Source: Candidatus Collierbacteria bacterium RIFOXYD2_FULL_45_13
Lineage (GTDB): Bacteria > Patescibacteriota > Microgenomatia > UBA1400 > MFAQ01
Assembly: GCA_001774685.1 (NCBI GenBank)
Contig: MFAS01000001.1
Coordinates: 91,489-155,488 of the forward strand
DNA: 64,000 nucleotides
Direction: 5' to 3'
This document shows, piece by piece, positions 56,064 to 64,000 of this stretch. A program made the translations under genes and the position numbers. How positions within the stretch are numbered: the first letter of the stretch is position 1; each line of letters begins with the position of its first letter. Below the pieces are notes generated by a model. It ran no database searches. It was given only the letters and a program-made list of their open reading frames with translations, and had not been told where the DNA came from.

Positions 56064-57167
56064 TTACTCCAAATAATCCTGTAATTTCCGTCTTCGAGAA
56101 GGATGGCGAAGTTTCCTTAGTGCCTTACTCTCTATCTGTCTAATTCTTTCTCGGGTCACTCCAAAAACTTTTCCCACTTCTTCCAGGGTCAGCGGTTTAC
56201 TTCCATCCAACCCAAATCTCATGCGGAGCACTTTACTTTCTCGTTCGGTTAACGAACCCAAAGCTTCTTCAAGATTTTCATGCATTAGTTGTCTGGAAGT
56301 AGCTTCGTATGGGGTCGCCTGTCTTTCATCTGGGATAAAGTCTCCGAGAAGCGAGTCTTCGTCGTCACCGATTGGGGTTTCGAGCGAGGTCGTCTTTTGG
56401 GCAATTTTCAAAATCTCTCTGACTTTCTCGGGAGTGGTCTCCAGCTCTTCAGCCACTTCTTCGTCGGTAGGTTCACGACCCAGATCCTGCATTAATTTTC
56501 TTTGTGTCCGGATTAGTTTGTTTATTGTCTCCACCATGTGTACCGGAATGCGGATGGTTCTGGCTTGGTCTGCTATCGCCCTGGTAATGGCCTGACGGAT
56601 CCACCAGGTTGCATAAGTTGAGAACTTGAATCCCTTGGTCCAGTCATACTTTTCTACCGCCCTGATCAAGCCTTTGTTTCCTTCTTGTATTAGGTCCAAA
56701 AAGCTCATGCCTCTCCCCATATACTTCTTGGCAATTGAAACCACTAACCTCAAATTGGACTTTGTTAGCATGTCTTTAGCCCTCTTATCTCCTCTTTCCA
56801 CTTTCTGAGCCAGAGCAATCTCTTCATCACGTTTCAGAAGTGGGATTCTTCCGATTTCCTTGAGGTACATGCGCACAGGATCGTTGACTTCTGTCTCTTC
56901 TAGCTTCGACAGAGATTCCAGCTCCTTCTCTAGGTCACTTGAGGCGGCGGCAATCTCCGCATCTTGTCCGGCCAAAACACTCTCAAACACGTCAATATCT
57001 GCCTTAAAAAGCAGCTCATAAAGATAATCAAGATCGTTTACTTGGGTCTCCGGTTGGGGAAAATACTCCAATATGTCATCCTGGGTCACAAACCCCTGCT
57101 CCTTCCCCAAGGCCAAAATGTCTCGAATTTTCAACTGAATGGATGAATCGCTCTTTTTATCGGCCAT
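56064..57167 (-). CDS. rpoD: RNA polymerase sigma-70 factor RpoD
   Basis: Region 2 [31 protein letters not shown], region 4 [29 protein letters not shown]. Confidence 0.9.
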   Translation of the reverse strand: MADKKSDSSIQLKIRDILALGKEQGFVTQDDILEYFPQPETQVNDLDYLYELLFKADIDVFESVLAGQDAEIAAASSDLEKELESLSKLEETEVNDPVRMYLKEIGRIPLLKRDEEIALAQKVERGDKRAKDMLTKSNLRLVVSIAKKYMGRGMSFLDLIQEGNKGLIRAVEKYDWTKGFKFSTYATWWIRQAITRAIADQARTIRIPVHMVETINKLIRTQRKLMQDLGREPTDEEVAEELETTPEKVREILKIAQKTTSLETPIGDDEDSLLGDFIPDERQATPYEATSRQLMHENLEEALGSLTERESKVLRMRFGLDGSKPLTLEEVGKVFGVTRERIRQIESKALRKLRHPSRRRKLQDYLE

Positions 57168-57204
57168 AATATTCTCTCCTATTTTAACACAGTGGATCTC
57201 AAAA

Positions 57205-58971
57205 TTACCCCAAAAGGACCATTATCTTGTTCTCTTCCCTATCCAAAGTGCTCAGCTCCCCCGAAAGGGCTTCTTCCGTTTGTTCATCTCCTGCTTCCTT
57301 GGCCTTTTTCATCTCCACAATTAACCTCTTACGACTTTCACGAATGGTTTCCCTTATGAGCTGCACCGCTAGTTCCAAGACATCCTTTTCCTCAGTTTCG
57401 CCCTCTCCTTCGGCCATATAGGCATCCTCGATAAAGCTCTTAAGCTCTGAAGGTGCTAGCTCAGCTATTTTAGCCGGACCCACCTCTTCACTCGCCAGTA
57501 CCCAAAGCAAAGCTTTTCCGGCCGCCCCAGACAATTTTGTGTTCTTCAACCATTGCTCAACTTTCTTCTTTGCCGCCGGACAAATGAGCAGTCCACCTAC
57601 CAATCTTCGAGCCAATTTGTCCATTTTATTTTCCATTAAGGACACCTCCTCGGTGGCCTTACTTGGGTATTTTTCAGCCCAGTTTTTCCCGGACTTAATC
57701 CTCTCCATTTCCGCCTTGACCACCGAAGCTTCTACCCCCAGCTTTTCTGCCAGCTTCTTCGTCCAAACCTCCCTCATCACGGAATTTTCAATTTTTACAA
57801 AAAATGGCATCACCTCTTCTGTTATCTTTTTGATACCTGACATTGTTTTGATATCGTTTTTTTCTAAAGATCTTGTCATTACAAACTCATAAACATCTAC
57901 AGCCCCTTCCACCATCTCTCTCCATTTGTTCGGGTAATTCCTCGCAATTTCATCAGGATCTTTACCGCCATCTATCTGTACTACTTTAATCTCCAACCCC
58001 CTTTTCTCCGCCAGCTCTGCCGATCTTTTTATAGCCGCGATTCCCGCCTCATCAGCGTCCAAGGAAAGATAAATTGTAGAAGTTAGCCTTGCTAATAACT
58101 CTATCTGTTCATCGGTTAGTGCCGTACCCCCTACAGCCACCGTTTCGGTAACCCCCGCCCCAAAGGAACTAATCATATCCATTTGACCTTCAACCAATAC
58201 TGCTCTTTTTATCTCTCTAATGGCTTGTCGTGCTTGATAAAAACCATAAAGAATCCGGCCTTTATGATAAATCTCGGTTTCCGGTGAGTTCAAGTATTTT
58301 GGTTCACCTTCTTTTGCCAGATCGGGTAAGATTCTCCCTGTAAAGCCCACCACCTTACCCCCCGAATCCTGAAGCGGAAACATTACTCGTCCTCTAAATT
58401 TATCGAAAAACCCGCCCCCACTTCTCCTGCTGATTAATCCCGCCTTTTCCAACACTACCTCTGAGTACCCCTTTTTCTTTGTAAGGTATTCCATCAGATT
58501 ATCCCATCCCTGCAGGGAGAAACCCAGATTAAAAGTCTCGATTAATTTATCGTTGATTTTTCTCTCATTCAAATACTTTCTGGCTTCTACTCCGGCTTTG
58601 CTCTCAGTCAGTAGCCAATGATAATATCTAGCCGTCAGCTCCATCACCTCCAGTAGTTTTTGCTTGTCACTTCCAAATTCGGATTTTCTCGTCACCAATT
58701 TTACTCCTACTTTTTCAGCCAATCTCTCCAGCGCCTCTCGAAAATCAACTCCCTCTATCTCCATCAAAAACTTAATCACGTCTCCACCGGCACCGCAACC
58801 AAAGCATTTATAGAGACCCATCTCCTCGTTGACCATGAAAGATGGAGTCTTTTCGCTATGAAAAGGACAGAGGCCTTTATGATGCCTCCCCATCTTTTTT
58901 AATGCCACATACTGCCCAATGAGTCCTACAATATCCGTCTTTCTCTTAACTTCTTCAACTTGATCTTCCAT
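57205..58971 (-). CDS. dnaG: DNA primase DnaG
   Basis: Zn ribbon [11 protein letters not shown]...[28 protein letters not shown]. Confidence 0.9.
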   Translation of the reverse strand: MEDQVEEVKRKTDIVGLIGQYVALKKMGRHHKGLCPFHSEKTPSFMVNEEMGLYKCFGCGAGGDVIKFLMEIEGVDFREALERLAEKVGVKLVTRKSEFGSDKQKLLEVMELTARYYHWLLTESKAGVEARKYLNERKINDKLIETFNLGFSLQGWDNLMEYLTKKKGYSEVVLEKAGLISRRSGGGFFDKFRGRVMFPLQDSGGKVVGFTGRILPDLAKEGEPKYLNSPETEIYHKGRILYGFYQARQAIREIKRAVLVEGQMDMISSFGAGVTETVAVGGTALTDEQIELLARLTSTIYLSLDADEAGIAAIKRSAELAEKRGLEIKVVQIDGGKDPDEIARNYPNKWREMVEGAVDVYEFVMTRSLEKNDIKTMSGIKKITEEVMPFFVKIENSVMREVWTKKLAEKLGVEASVVKAEMERIKSGKNWAEKYPSKATEEVSLMENKMDKLARRLVGGLLICPAAKKKVEQWLKNTKLSGAAGKALLWVLASEEVGPAKIAELAPSELKSFIEDAYMAEGEGETEEKDVLELAVQLIRETIRESRKRLIVEMKKAKEAGDEQTEEALSGELSTLDREENKIMVLLG

Positions 58972-59026
58972 CTTTGGGTTTTATTAGTATCAATCCACTT
59001 TAGATTGTACCAAAAACCCTTTTCAT

Positions 59027-59404
59027 TTAGGCAGGCATATATTTCTTAACAATCGTCGGGATGTCTTTTATGTCGATGTTAGCCTTGACAATATAATCCT
59101 TGGCTCCCAAACGCATCCCCTCGTCAATACTGGTCTCCTGTTCGAAGTTTGTCAGGATCACGACCGAAATGTTCTTAGTGTCTGGATTCCCTCTAATTAT
59201 TTTCAAAACCTCAAACCCGCTCTTTATGGGTAGCAACAAGTCCAGGAGGATTAGGTCTGGTTTTTCCTTTAGGATCATTTTTTCGGCCTCCTCTCCGTCG
59301 GTGGCTACTGAGATATCGTACCCTTCATCTTCCAGAGAAAGAGTCAGGGCGTTTACTAACACCGCATCATCCTCGACGATCATCACTTTCTTTTTGTTAT
59401 CCAT
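59027..59404 (-). CDS. Stand-alone response-regulator receiver (CheY-like) domain protein
   Basis: KKVMIVEDD (phospho-acceptor region), ...LILLDLLLP..., conserved K in KANIDIKD. Start set at the internal ATG 59404 (MDNKKKVMIVEDD), which gives an 8-nt overlap with the histidine kinase stop. Confidence 0.75.
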   Translation of the reverse strand: MDNKKKVMIVEDDAVLVNALTLSLEDEGYDISVATDGEEAEKMILKEKPDLILLDLLLPIKSGFEVLKIIRGNPDTKNISVVILTNFEQETSIDEGMRLGAKDYIVKANIDIKDIPTIVKKYMPA

Positions 59405-61964
59405 TCTTATTTTGTTTAATTGGTAATTTAACAAAAAACGTTGTTCCTGTGCCCTCTTTCGACTCAAACCAGATATTTCCACCATGGCTAGTGATAATGT
59501 TCTTGCTCATATACAGACCCAGGCCGGTTCCCGGAACTTTCTTGGCTACGTTGTCCGCTCTAAAGAATCTTTCAAACACCCTGGGTTTCTGAGACTCTGG
59601 AATACCTAAACCCTCGTCCTTAATCATCACTTGGTATCCGTCATTCATCTTTTCAGCCCATACCGTCACTCGGGACCCATCCGGTGAGTATCGGGCAGCA
59701 TTGCTCAATATATTGCCAAACACTTGTATCATTTGGGTTGCATCCACCTCCACCACAAACCCTTCCGGAATCAAGTCAATTCCTTCAAGACGAATGTTGT
59801 GGTCAACATACATTCGCGCCTGAATTTGGCTAGCTCCCTTGATAATTTCTTTCAACGAACGGTTTTCCAGCTGTTTTTCGACAAAACCACTCTCGTTCAT
59901 TTTCCCCACCGCCAAAAGGTCGTCAACCAAATCAATCAGCTTTTGATTACTCTCCTCAATGCTATCGATATATTCCTTTGCCTTCTTGTCAGAAGATTTA
60001 ACGGCGCACTCTCGAAGAAGTCCCACATACCATTTTATTCCTGTCAGCGGCGAACGTAACTGATGGCTGGCAAGCGAAACAAAATCCAACCTCATTTTTT
60101 CTAATTCGCGCTGCTTGGTCACATCACGCAGCACCCACACTGTTCCGACCAATTTATGTTTCTCATCCATTATCGGCGAAGCGACTCCATCAATCGAAAT
60201 CCTAACTCCACCTTTTCTGTTTAATATTAATGTCTCAATCGATCTTGCTTGTTTTTTCTTATTAAATACCGTTTCCAACAGATCTTCAGGTTTTTTACCG
60301 GAAGATTCATAAGACAAGTCCATCACCTCCTCGATGTTTTTTCCGGTCATCTCTTTTCTTCCAAGTCCGAACAGCTTTTCCATTGCATTATTTGCCATGA
60401 CAATGGTCTTTTTTGTGTCTGTTACAAAAACGGCATCCCCGATATCACTTAAAATATTCTCCAGTTTTTGTTTTTGGGTGAGAGTGTCAAAGCTCAACTT
60501 ATCCAATTTTTCCTGATATCTCTTCCTCTCGGTAATATCTTGAATCGTTCCCACCATCCTGATTGGCTTACCTTTGAAGTCAAAGTCCAGCTTGCCAATC
60601 CCATGAACCCACGCCATTTTTCCATTTGTTCTATTTACTATTCTGTATTCCTTATCAAATGCTTTATTCTTATCCAGCACCTCCTTCAGAAAATAGTCCC
60701 GCATCAATCCTCTGTCATCCGGATGGACGATCTCCAGCCATCCCTCGGTGTTCGTCTTGTAGTGGTTGTCAATACCAAATAGCTCATTCAGTACTTCCGA
60801 ACCTTCCCAATCATCATTTTTAATATCCATCACATAATATCCCAGCCTAGCCACCCTCTGAACCTTTCGCAGCAGACGTACCAACGTCTCCAACCTCCCA
60901 AACGACTTAGATGTCCACAAATACAACAATCCGGCGGTAACCGATACAAAAATCCAGCCTTTTATGGTTGAAATCTCCATAAACAGTTTCCTGTCGGCGA
61001 CTAAAAGATCAACTAGCCTGTCGGAAAAAAGTATCCAGACCCCACCCAACAGTAGATACCAAAGAGCCGGTTTTGCGGACTCGGCCGCTCCACCCCATCT
61101 GACATTTAATGTGTAATACTCTCCCCATCTTACCCATAATGCATTTACCACCACCAGTACTATGATCATGAGGAAAATCATTGTCATATTAAACATTCTC
61201 ACTGAATTCAAAACCGATGACTCCCAACCCGGTACCGGAACGGCACCCAATTCCCAATATTCGTTGTCAAACCGAATTGTAGAGATTACCGGATTGTTCT
61301 TAAACATATCTTTGTCTCCCCAAAAAACAATCCCATTTTTGTCCCTCAAAGACAGCCTCAATCCATCGATCCCTTTCTCTAAACCTGATGACCTTATAAT
61401 GTCTGGAACGTCTACCACTACTGAAACCAACCCCCACAGTTGATTATTTCTAAAAATTGCTTTTCTCGCTGCTATGCCCAAACCCCCTTGAAGCAGCGTA
61501 AATGGTTCAGTCACTACAGTTTCTTTTGACTCAATCATTCGGGCAATCTCCGACTTTACGCTTGGTCTCTGATCTGCCAGTAGGTTATAGCCCAAAGCCC
61601 CTTCATTTCCTTTTATCGGATATATTAAAGAAAGAATTCCTCCCCGCGCTATTCCAACATTTCGGACACCTTCATTGTCGTTATAGAGACCTGGGGCAAA
61701 TATCGGAAAATCGTCAATGACGCTCTTCTCATCCCTGCTTGTTACAAATTTTTCCAATCCTCGAACCAAACCCAAACGACGGGTAAGAATCATTTCGACA
61801 CCATTTTTGTATATCCCTAGAGTGGCCTCTACCTTATTCCTACTGTCCGTCACCAACCACTTCTCATACCTTTCTGATACGTAAACTCCACTCAACACAA
61901 ACAACATTATCAATACAGATAACATTGTATTCTTAGCCGAAAACCACTTTCTTACCAAGTTCAT
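59397..61964 (-). CDS. Sensor histidine kinase (periplasmic sensor domain, TM, PAS/PAC repeats, HisKA, HATPase_c)
   Basis: H-box SLASHQLRSPLTGI, N/G boxes NILSNAARYS, GTGLGLYMSKNI, GTGTTFFVKLP. Confidence 0.85.
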   Translation of the reverse strand: MNLVRKWFSAKNTMLSVLIMLFVLSGVYVSERYEKWLVTDSRNKVEATLGIYKNGVEMILTRRLGLVRGLEKFVTSRDEKSVIDDFPIFAPGLYNDNEGVRNVGIARGGILSLIYPIKGNEGALGYNLLADQRPSVKSEIARMIESKETVVTEPFTLLQGGLGIAARKAIFRNNQLWGLVSVVVDVPDIIRSSGLEKGIDGLRLSLRDKNGIVFWGDKDMFKNNPVISTIRFDNEYWELGAVPVPGWESSVLNSVRMFNMTMIFLMIIVLVVVNALWVRWGEYYTLNVRWGGAAESAKPALWYLLLGGVWILFSDRLVDLLVADRKLFMEISTIKGWIFVSVTAGLLYLWTSKSFGRLETLVRLLRKVQRVARLGYYVMDIKNDDWEGSEVLNELFGIDNHYKTNTEGWLEIVHPDDRGLMRDYFLKEVLDKNKAFDKEYRIVNRTNGKMAWVHGIGKLDFDFKGKPIRMVGTIQDITERKRYQEKLDKLSFDTLTQKQKLENILSDIGDAVFVTDTKKTIVMANNAMEKLFGLGRKEMTGKNIEEVMDLSYESSGKKPEDLLETVFNKKKQARSIETLILNRKGGVRISIDGVASPIMDEKHKLVGTVWVLRDVTKQRELEKMRLDFVSLASHQLRSPLTGIKWYVGLLRECAVKSSDKKAKEYIDSIEESNQKLIDLVDDLLAVGKMNESGFVEKQLENRSLKEIIKGASQIQARMYVDHNIRLEGIDLIPEGFVVEVDATQMIQVFGNILSNAARYSPDGSRVTVWAEKMNDGYQVMIKDEGLGIPESQKPRVFERFFRADNVAKKVPGTGLGLYMSKNIITSHGGNIWFESKEGTGTTFFVKLPIKQNKNG

Positions 61965-62043
61965 TCATCTTCATCTTATCGATATACCTTTTCGGCGTCA
62001 ATGGTTATGTGAGATAAATTACTTTTACGGGCTTGTTCTTCTT

Positions 62044-62130
62044 TGGCGGAGGCGGTGGGATTCGAACCCACGGGGCCTTGTTAGGCCGCGGGTTAGCAAC
62101 CCGCTCGAATAACCACTATCGGACGCCTCC
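62044..62130 (-). tRNA. tRNA-Ser(GCU), class II (long variable arm), CCA encoded
   Basis: GGAGGCG-UC-CGA-UAGUGGUUAU-UCG-A-GCGGG-UUGCUAA-CCCGC-(16-nt variable arm)-GUGGG-UUCGAAU-CCCAC-CGCCUCC-G-CCA. Confidence 0.85.
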
Positions 62131-62275
62131 AAGTGAGCAACGGGAAAAACATCGTTTTCCTTAGTTGCGAGCGCGGAGATGCCGGATAACTACCGTTATC
62201 GGACGCCTCCAGCAAACCCTATTTTAACAGCTATTCCCGGTTTCCTAGCCTCACGAATGATAAAATAGACTTCTC

Positions 62276-62357
62276 GGAGAGCGGGCAGGACGGTAATGCG
62301 TCAGTCTTGAAAACTGATGAGCGCAAGCTCTAACAGGTTCGACCCCTGTGCTCTCCG
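62276..62357 (+). tRNA. tRNA-Ser(UGA), class II
   Basis: Acceptor GGAGAGC/GCUCUCC. Anticodon arm UCAGU-CUUGAAA-ACUGA. T-arm ACAGG-UUCGACC-CCUGU. Discriminator G. Confidence 0.8.
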
Positions 62358-62362
62358 CTCTT

Positions 62363-62447
62363 GGAGGGGTCACATAGTGGTCTAGTGTAGAGGTTTACTA
62401 AACCTCCGTGTCGCAAGGCACCATGGGTTCGAATCCCATCCCCTCCG
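62363..62447 (+). tRNA. Class II Ser-type tRNA with an apparent ACU anticodon (atypical)
   Basis: Acceptor GGAGGGG/CCCCUCC. Anticodon arm GAGGU-UUACUAA-ACCUC. 16-nt variable arm. T-arm AUGGG-UUCGAAU-CCCAU. A paralog of the GCU tRNA, with A rather than G at position 34. Confidence 0.6.
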
Positions 62448-62465
62448 CCTGTGTTAATATGAAAT

Positions 62466-62966
62466 GTGGCTGAAATAGAGAATAAAGACTTAAGTGAAAA
62501 GATACTGTTGGAGTTTGAGGCGTATGACCGACCACATAAAGTTTGGAGTAAAGAATTTTATAGTTCAGTGATAGTAATTGCCTTTTTGGTATCGATTATT
62601 TTCTATTTTATAGAGGGATTCATGCCTGTACTCGTCATTTGGGCGCTTGTGTTTATGTTGTGGGCGATGGCCAAGACAGAACCTCGATTGATAAAAACCG
62701 AGCTGACTTCTTGGGGTCTGAAATCTCAAGAGAAGACATACCGCTTTGAAGAAATGGCATCTTTTTGGTTTGAAACCAAGTGGGGAACCAGACTCATGAG
62801 AATAAACTTGGCGGTCGTGCCCTGGCATCTGGTAGTCGTTCTCGACCCCAATAAGGAAGATGATCTAAAAAAACATATGCTGGAAAGGGTAATATTCCAA
62901 GAGCCCGCAGTGACTTGGGTGGATAGAGCTTTGAAATGGGTAGGAGAAAAGATGCCCTTAGAATGA
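62466..62966 (+). CDS. Hypothetical membrane protein (166 aa) embedded in the tRNA cluster
   Basis: Two TM helices (VIVIAFLVSIIFYFI, VLVIWALVFMLWAMA). Confidence 0.5.
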   Translation: MAEIENKDLSEKILLEFEAYDRPHKVWSKEFYSSVIVIAFLVSIIFYFIEGFMPVLVIWALVFMLWAMAKTEPRLIKTELTSWGLKSQEKTYRFEEMASFWFETKWGTRLMRINLAVVPWHLVVVLDPNKEDDLKKHMLERVIFQEPAVTWVDRALKWVGEKMPLE

Positions 62967-63011
62967 GGGAAAATGCCCCGTAGATGGTAAAATAAGAGCT
63001 TGTTCGCATAT

Positions 63012-63085
63012 GCGTTCGTAGCTCAGTTGGATAGAGCACCAGATTGCGGATCTGGGGGTCGGAGGTTCGAGTCCTCCCGAGCGCA
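63012..63085 (+). tRNA. tRNA-Arg(GCG) as read (an unusual isoacceptor; most bacteria use ACG)
   Basis: GCGUUCG-UA-GCUC-AGUUGGAUA-GAGC-A-CCAGA-UUGCGGA-UCUGG-GGGUC-GGAGG-UUCGAGU-CCUCC-CGAGCGC-A. Confidence 0.7.
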
Positions 63086-63091
63086 CTTATG

Positions 63092-63176
63092 GGAGGATGG
63101 GCAGGACGGTAATGCGTTGGTTTCGAAAACCAATGAGCGTAAGCTCTAACAGGTTCGACCCCTGTATCCTCCGCCA
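63092..63176 (+). tRNA. tRNA-Ser(CGA), class II, CCA encoded
   Basis: Acceptor GGAGGAU/AUCCUCC. Anticodon arm UUGGU-UUCGAAA-ACCAA. Same backbone as the Ser(UGA) copy. Confidence 0.8.
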
Positions 63177-63178
63177 AC

Positions 63179-63508
63179 ATGAAACAAATAAAGGACAAGC
63201 CAACACTAAGAGATCTCCAAAACTATATAAGAGATGTGGGGGTGGAGAGAGGTTTCGAGGATACGACAATCCCGGAACTGTTTATGTATTTGTCGGAAGA
63301 AGTTGGGGAGCTGGCAAAGGCGGCCAGACAATTAACAAAAATGCATACAGATTCCAATTCGGACAAAATGGAGATTGATCGCGAATTGGCGGACGTATTT
63401 AGTTATGTTGTGGATATTGCCAATCTCCTCGGAGTTGACATGGAAGAGGCATTTAAGGAAAAAGAAGAGATTAATAACAAAAGAGTTTGGAATAAAAAGG
63501 GTGCGTGA
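63179..63508 (+). CDS. MazG-like nucleoside triphosphate pyrophosphohydrolase (all-alpha NTP-PPase)
   Basis: EEVGELAKA (EExxE metal motif), ELADVFSYVVDIANLLGVD. Confidence 0.7.
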   Translation: MKQIKDKPTLRDLQNYIRDVGVERGFEDTTIPELFMYLSEEVGELAKAARQLTKMHTDSNSDKMEIDRELADVFSYVVDIANLLGVDMEEAFKEKEEINNKRVWNKKGA

Positions 63509-63523
63509 GATAATACGAAGTAT

Positions 63524-63600
63524 GTACCCGTAGCTCAACTGGATAGAGTACTTCCCTCCGAAGGAAGTGGTTGTGCGTTCGAATCGCACCGGGTACACCA
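63524..63600 (+). tRNA. tRNA-Arg(CCG), CCA encoded
   Basis: GUACCCG-UA-GCUC-AACUGGAUA-GAGU-A-CUUCC-CUCCGAA-GGAAG-UGGUU-GUGCG-UUCGAAU-CGCAC-CGGGUAC-A-CCA. Confidence 0.85.
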
Positions 63601-63657
63601 GTAAAAAAACTCAAAAACTTGAGAACTCAAAAAGAAAGACTTGAGGTAGAATAGGGC

Positions 63658-64000
63658 ATGATTGAACTGGACAGAGATCCAATCTTTGGTGAAGTTAAGG
63701 AAAAGCTGAACATGTTGGGGATTGAAGGGGTCTTGTTCGATTTGGATGATACCCTCATTTATACGAGCGAAATATTTATCAGGTTTATGAAAATGTATGC
63801 GGTTGAAGTCGCTGGAAAGATAGGAGTTAAGGAGGCCGAACTGATAGACGCATTGCAAGAAATCAATGACGAAGAGTACAAGTCCATGGGGGTGAACCCT
63901 AAAAGGTGGGCGGCGGTGGTAGAAAAACTAGCAAAACACTTTGGTCATGGAGAAAAGGAGATTCTAGACAATCTAGATATTTTGATGAACATATACATGG
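63658..64000 (+). CDS. HAD-superfamily hydrolase. Partial: the C-terminus is beyond the window end
   Basis: MIELDRDPIFGEVKEKLNMLGIEGVLFDLDDTLIYT (HAD motif I DxDxT). Absent from the ORF track because no stop codon falls inside the window. Confidence 0.6.
   Translation, partial: MIELDRDPIFGEVKEKLNMLGIEGVLFDLDDTLIYTSEIFIRFMKMYAVEVAGKIGVKEAELIDALQEINDEEYKSMGVNPKRWAAVVEKLAKHFGHGEKEILDNLDILMNIYM

Noticed and set aside
62131-62215. Second tRNA (or tRNA-Sec-like gene with a 6-bp D-stem) upstream of tRNA-Ser(GCU)
   Set aside because: No T-arm or acceptor 3' strand can be found. Only the first 14 nt match the tRNA-Ser 5' end, so it is reported as a partial duplication instead.

Overview
This 64-kb window looks like part of a low-GC (roughly 40-45%) bacterial genome. 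The small genes, zinc-ribbon membrane proteins, truncated sufD and intron-bearing tRNA are reminiscent of small-genome uncultivated lineages such as CPR/Patescibacteria, but that is inference only. All calls come from reading the sequence and six-frame track by eye; no search tools were run.

Recognisable core content:
- A partial class II ribonucleotide reductase plus nrdR at the left edge.
- Two paralogous class A PBPs flanking a GH18 gene.
- A pentose/sugar cluster (rpiB, rpe, LOG, class I FbaB-type aldolase, PfkB kinase, 2-hydroxyacid dehydrogenase).
- A thiol-redox trio (FNR-like, CcdA, DsbA).
- A suf Fe-S operon (Rrf2 regulator, sufC, sufB, short sufD, then sufS, sufU) that is split by three accessory genes.
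- prmC, an L,D-transpeptidase, a Crp/Fnr regulator, uppP, tdk, rpoD-dnaG and a sensor kinase/response-regulator pair.
- A polycistronic tRNA cluster at the right edge.

Three regions stand out:
1. A compositionally distinct (about 50-55% GC), SD-led, terminator-capped four-gene operon at 37.5-41.9 kb: PP2C_2-type phosphatase, eukaryotic-like Ser/Thr kinase, isochorismatase-family cysteine hydrolase and vWA/MIDAS protein. It is a vWA-kinase-phosphatase signalling/conflict module with an unusual extra hydrolase.
2. Three accessory genes inserted in the suf operon. Each ends in the peptide KSDTVTQ, encoded by a shared GTGTCACCGTGTCAC DNA motif, next to a (GTGTCACT)x7 microsatellite.
3. An AT-rich, probably mobile block at 43.9-54.7 kb. 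It contains a nucleotidyltransferase cassette flanked by direct repeats, an excisionase-like HTH gene, iteron-like repeats, a large serine recombinase, a free-standing HNH endonuclease, and a tRNA-Asn(GUU) interrupted by a 222-nt group I intron with recognisable Q/R/S core elements.

The tRNA cluster also holds a Ser-type tRNA with an apparent ACU anticodon and a tRNA-Arg(GCG).
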